From: Lachnospiraceae bacterium
Lineage (GTDB): Bacteria; Bacillota; Clostridia; Lachnospirales; Lachnospiraceae
Length of the DNA: 32,000 nt
NCBI GenBank assembly: GCA_031548165.1
Contig: JAVBRI010000001.1
Location: 53,150-85,149, forward strand
Direction: 5' to 3'
The notes beneath the pieces were generated by a model. It was not told where the DNA came from and ran no database searches. It was given only the letters and a program-made list of their open reading frames with translations. Positions 30,020 to 32,000 of this stretch are shown here, in pieces (the stretch's first letter is position 1; the number at the start of each line of letters is the position of its first letter). The position numbers and the translations under genes were made by a program.

Positions 30020-32000
30020 ATGTTAAAGAAAAGAAAAACGCAAATAGTAACTATGGTAGTATTTATTGTATGTATTTTTTTAAGTAATTCTTATAAAGTA
30101 AGTGCAGCAGTAGATGAAGAAGACTTTTCAAGAACTATTACAATTAGTTTAAATGGTGGTACAGGAAGTAGAGTGGATTGGATAACATATGTAGATAGAA
30201 CTGGAGTTGGATATACCGTGGGTCATTCATTTCCAGGACTTGCAGTTGGAAAAACAGTACTTGATAAATATTATGTTGCACATACTATTATAGGTTATAG
30301 TGATAGCCAGACACCTATCATTGGAACATTTAAACAACATACAGATTGCATAGGAGTAACTCCATATGTTTATATCACGGAACCAACCAGAATAGGTTAT
30401 ACGTTTAATGGATGGAGTTCAAATACTACGGCAATAAAAGATTCATCATACTGGAGGTTCGAGTGTGGCTGCTATGCTGCTAGTAGTGGGAACATTACAA
30501 TAACAGCACAATGGGCAGCAAATACATATAACATAGCTTACAATGGAAATGGGTACTCTGGAGGAAGCACAGCCAACTCATCACACACCTATGGAACAGC
30601 CAAAACATTAACAGCCAATGGCTACACTCGAACCGGCTATACATTCAAAGGTTGGAATACAAAAGCAGACGGAAGTGGAACAAGTTATAGTAACAGTCAG
30701 TCAGTATCAAACCTTACAACAACCAGTGGAGCAACCATAACACTTTATGCTCAATGGACAGTAAATACATACATAGTAGCCTATAGTGGTAATGGAAATA
30801 CTGGAGGAAGTACAGCAAGTTCATCACATACCTATGGAGTAGCTAAAACATTAACAGCAAATGAGTTTACTCGAACAGGTTATACATTTACAGGCTGGAA
30901 TACGAAAGCTGATGGAAGCGGAACTAGTTATAGCAATAGTCAGTCAGTATCAAACCTAACATCAACAAATGGAGCAACAGTAACGCTTTATGCACAATGG
31001 TCAGTAAATACATACACAGTAGCATATAACGGAAATGGGAGTACTGGAGGAAGCACAGCGAGTTCATCACACACGTATGGAACAGCCAAAGTATTGACAA
31101 CAAACGGATTTACACGAACAGGATATACATTTAAAGGTTGGAATACAAAAGCCGATGGAAGTGGAACGAGTTACAGCAATAGTCAGTCAGTATCAAACCT
31201 AACAACAGCTAATGGAGGAACAATAACACTGTATGCTCAATGGACAGTAAATGCATATACAGTAGCATATAATGGTAATGGAAGTACAGGTGGAAGTACA
31301 GCAAGCTCATCGCATACCTATGGAACGGCTAAAACATTAACAGCTAATGGATATACACGAATAGGTTATACATTTAAGGGTTGGAATACAAAAGCCGATG
31401 GAAGTGGAACAAGTTACAGCAATAGTCAGTCAGTATCAAACCTAACAGCAACAAATGGAGAAACAATAACCCTATATGCTCAATGGACAGTAAATACATA
31501 TACCATAGTCTATAACGGAAATGGAAATACCGGAGGAAGCACAGCGAACTCATCACACACCTATGGAACAGCTAAAACATTGACAGCCAATGGCTACACA
31601 CGAACCGGTTATACATTCAAAGGCTGGAACACAAAAGCAGATGGAAGCGGGACAAGCTACAGCAACAGTCAGTCAGTATCAAACCTAACAGCCACAAACG
31701 GAGCAACCATAACACTATATGCTAAGTGGTCAGATGAAACAGCTCCTACAATTACTGCAGATGTTAATCCGGCCAGCTGGACCAATCAAAATGCAATAGT
31801 GACAGCTTCAGGAACTGATAATGGATCAGGAATAAAATGTGTCACTATCAATATAGGAAATGAAATGGTTTCTTATGGTACAGTAACTGCACAATATCCA
31901 CAGACATCAGAGGGAATAGTTACATATACTGCAATAGTAGAGGATAATGCCGGAAATAAAAGTAGCAAAAATGTTACTGCCTATGTAGATAAATCAGCGC
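30020..32000 (+). CDS. Large secreted surface protein with Listeria-Bacteroides (Flg_new / InlB B-repeat) type repeats, 3'-truncated by the window edge
   Basis: This ORF is absent from the ORF track because it has no stop before the window end. My own translation from the ATG at 30020 (RBS AGGAGG at 30005) gives the signal peptide 'MLKKRKTQIVTMVVFIVCIFLSNSYKVSAA'. Repeated units follow, of the form 'NTY.VAYNGNG.TGGSTASSSHTYG.AKTLTANG(Y/F)TRTGYTF.GWNTKADGSGTSYSNSQSVSNLT..NGATITLYAQW'. After them comes 'ETAPTITADVNPASWTNQNAIVTASGTDNGSGI'. Confidence 0.8.
   Translation, partial: MLKKRKTQIVTMVVFIVCIFLSNSYKVSAAVDEEDFSRTITISLNGGTGSRVDWITYVDRTGVGYTVGHSFPGLAVGKTVLDKYYVAHTIIGYSDSQTPIIGTFKQHTDCIGVTPYVYITEPTRIGYTFNGWSSNTTAIKDSSYWRFECGCYAASSGNITITAQWAANTYNIAYNGNGYSGGSTANSSHTYGTAKTLTANGYTRTGYTFKGWNTKADGSGTSYSNSQSVSNLTTTSGATITLYAQWTVNTYIVAYSGNGNTGGSTASSSHTYGVAKTLTANEFTRTGYTFTGWNTKADGSGTSYSNSQSVSNLTSTNGATVTLYAQWSVNTYTVAYNGNGSTGGSTASSSHTYGTAKVLTTNGFTRTGYTFKGWNTKADGSGTSYSNSQSVSNLTTANGGTITLYAQWTVNAYTVAYNGNGSTGGSTASSSHTYGTAKTLTANGYTRIGYTFKGWNTKADGSGTSYSNSQSVSNLTATNGETITLYAQWTVNTYTIVYNGNGNTGGSTANSSHTYGTAKTLTANGYTRTGYTFKGWNTKADGSGTSYSNSQSVSNLTATNGATITLYAKWSDETAPTITADVNPASWTNQNAIVTASGTDNGSGIKCVTINIGNEMVSYGTVTAQYPQTSEGIVTYTAIVEDNAGNKSSKNVTAYVDKSA
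30521..31735 (+). repeat. Five in-frame tandem 243-bp (81-codon) repeats inside the surface protein gene
   Basis: Unit starts (AAT ACA TA.) fall at 30521, 30764, 31007, 31250 and 31493. DNA identity between units is high, with long identical runs such as AGTCAGTCAGTATCAAACCT. Confidence 0.85.

Larger units (their letters stand above)
1..32000 (+). mobile_element. Segment of a conjugative plasmid or ICE (Gram-positive type IV secretion / relaxosome / partition / accessory cargo)
   Basis: Relaxase plus MobC, VirD4-type coupling protein, VirB4, VirB6-like, PrgI/VirB3-like and VirB2-like genes, Topo III, SSB, Toprim primase-like, RadC, ParA/ParB. All genes are co-directional. No integrase, transposase or replication initiator is seen in the window, so plasmid versus ICE is unresolved. 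Confidence 0.8.

Noticed and set aside
30521-31735. The 243-bp tandem repeats as a non-coding satellite or a CRISPR-like array.
   Set aside because: The repeats are exact multiples of 3 nt and in frame with a long ORF that has a signal peptide. They encode a recognisable 81-aa protein repeat.
1-32000. A search for tRNA, rRNA, integrase/recombinase, transposase, IS ends, a replication initiator and iterons.
   Set aside because: I could not recognise any of these by eye. Structured GC-rich segments are limited to the short hairpins, and no DDE, tyrosine or serine recombinase motifs were noticed. Absence cannot be proven without profile searches, and such genes may lie outside the window.

Overview
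This AT-rich window (about 30% GC by eye) looks like part of a conjugative plasmid or ICE from a low-GC Gram-positive, Clostridia-like host. All roughly 38 credible genes are on the + strand, and most have GGAGG-type ribosome-binding sites. All calls rest on motif reading by eye; no database search or RNA folding was possible.

Gene order:
- Tail of a Tad/Flp-like pilus module (CpaB-like, P-loop ATPase).
- An orphan HipA-like kinase cassette.
- An establishment block: type IA topoisomerase (Topo III-like), SSB, mini A24 prepilin-peptidase-like protein, DUF3991/Toprim primase-like protein.
- A densely palindromic candidate oriT.
- MobA/VirD2-type relaxase with an overlapping downstream MobC.
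- A Gram-positive T4SS block: PcfB-like, VirD4-type coupling protein, VirB2-like, VirB6/TrbL-like, PrgI/VirB3-like, VirB4 ATPase, and a membrane protein with a degenerate NlpC/P60 end.
- A pentapeptide-repeat protein and RadC/JAB.
- Two HTH regulators, then a small RHH-like gene with ParA and ParB.
- An accessory tail: ToxN/AbiQ-like toxin, membrane J-domain protein, DUF2726-like protein, a Thr/Glu-rich exported protein, and the 5' part of a large surface protein with five 243-bp tandem repeats.

Signals not explained by the ORF track:
1. A complete type III (RNA antitoxin) toxin-antitoxin module. It has a consensus promoter, three 44-nt tandem repeats, a terminator and a ToxN-like gene.
2. 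Seven copies of one GC-rich hairpin (TCCCTCG-NNN-CGAGGGA) that punctuate the gene cassettes. One copy shows a compensatory stem change.
3. An 18-nt box (GTATCAAAAACGCACCAC) recurring at the head of at least six transcription units.
4. Five adjacent inverted repeats upstream of the relaxase.
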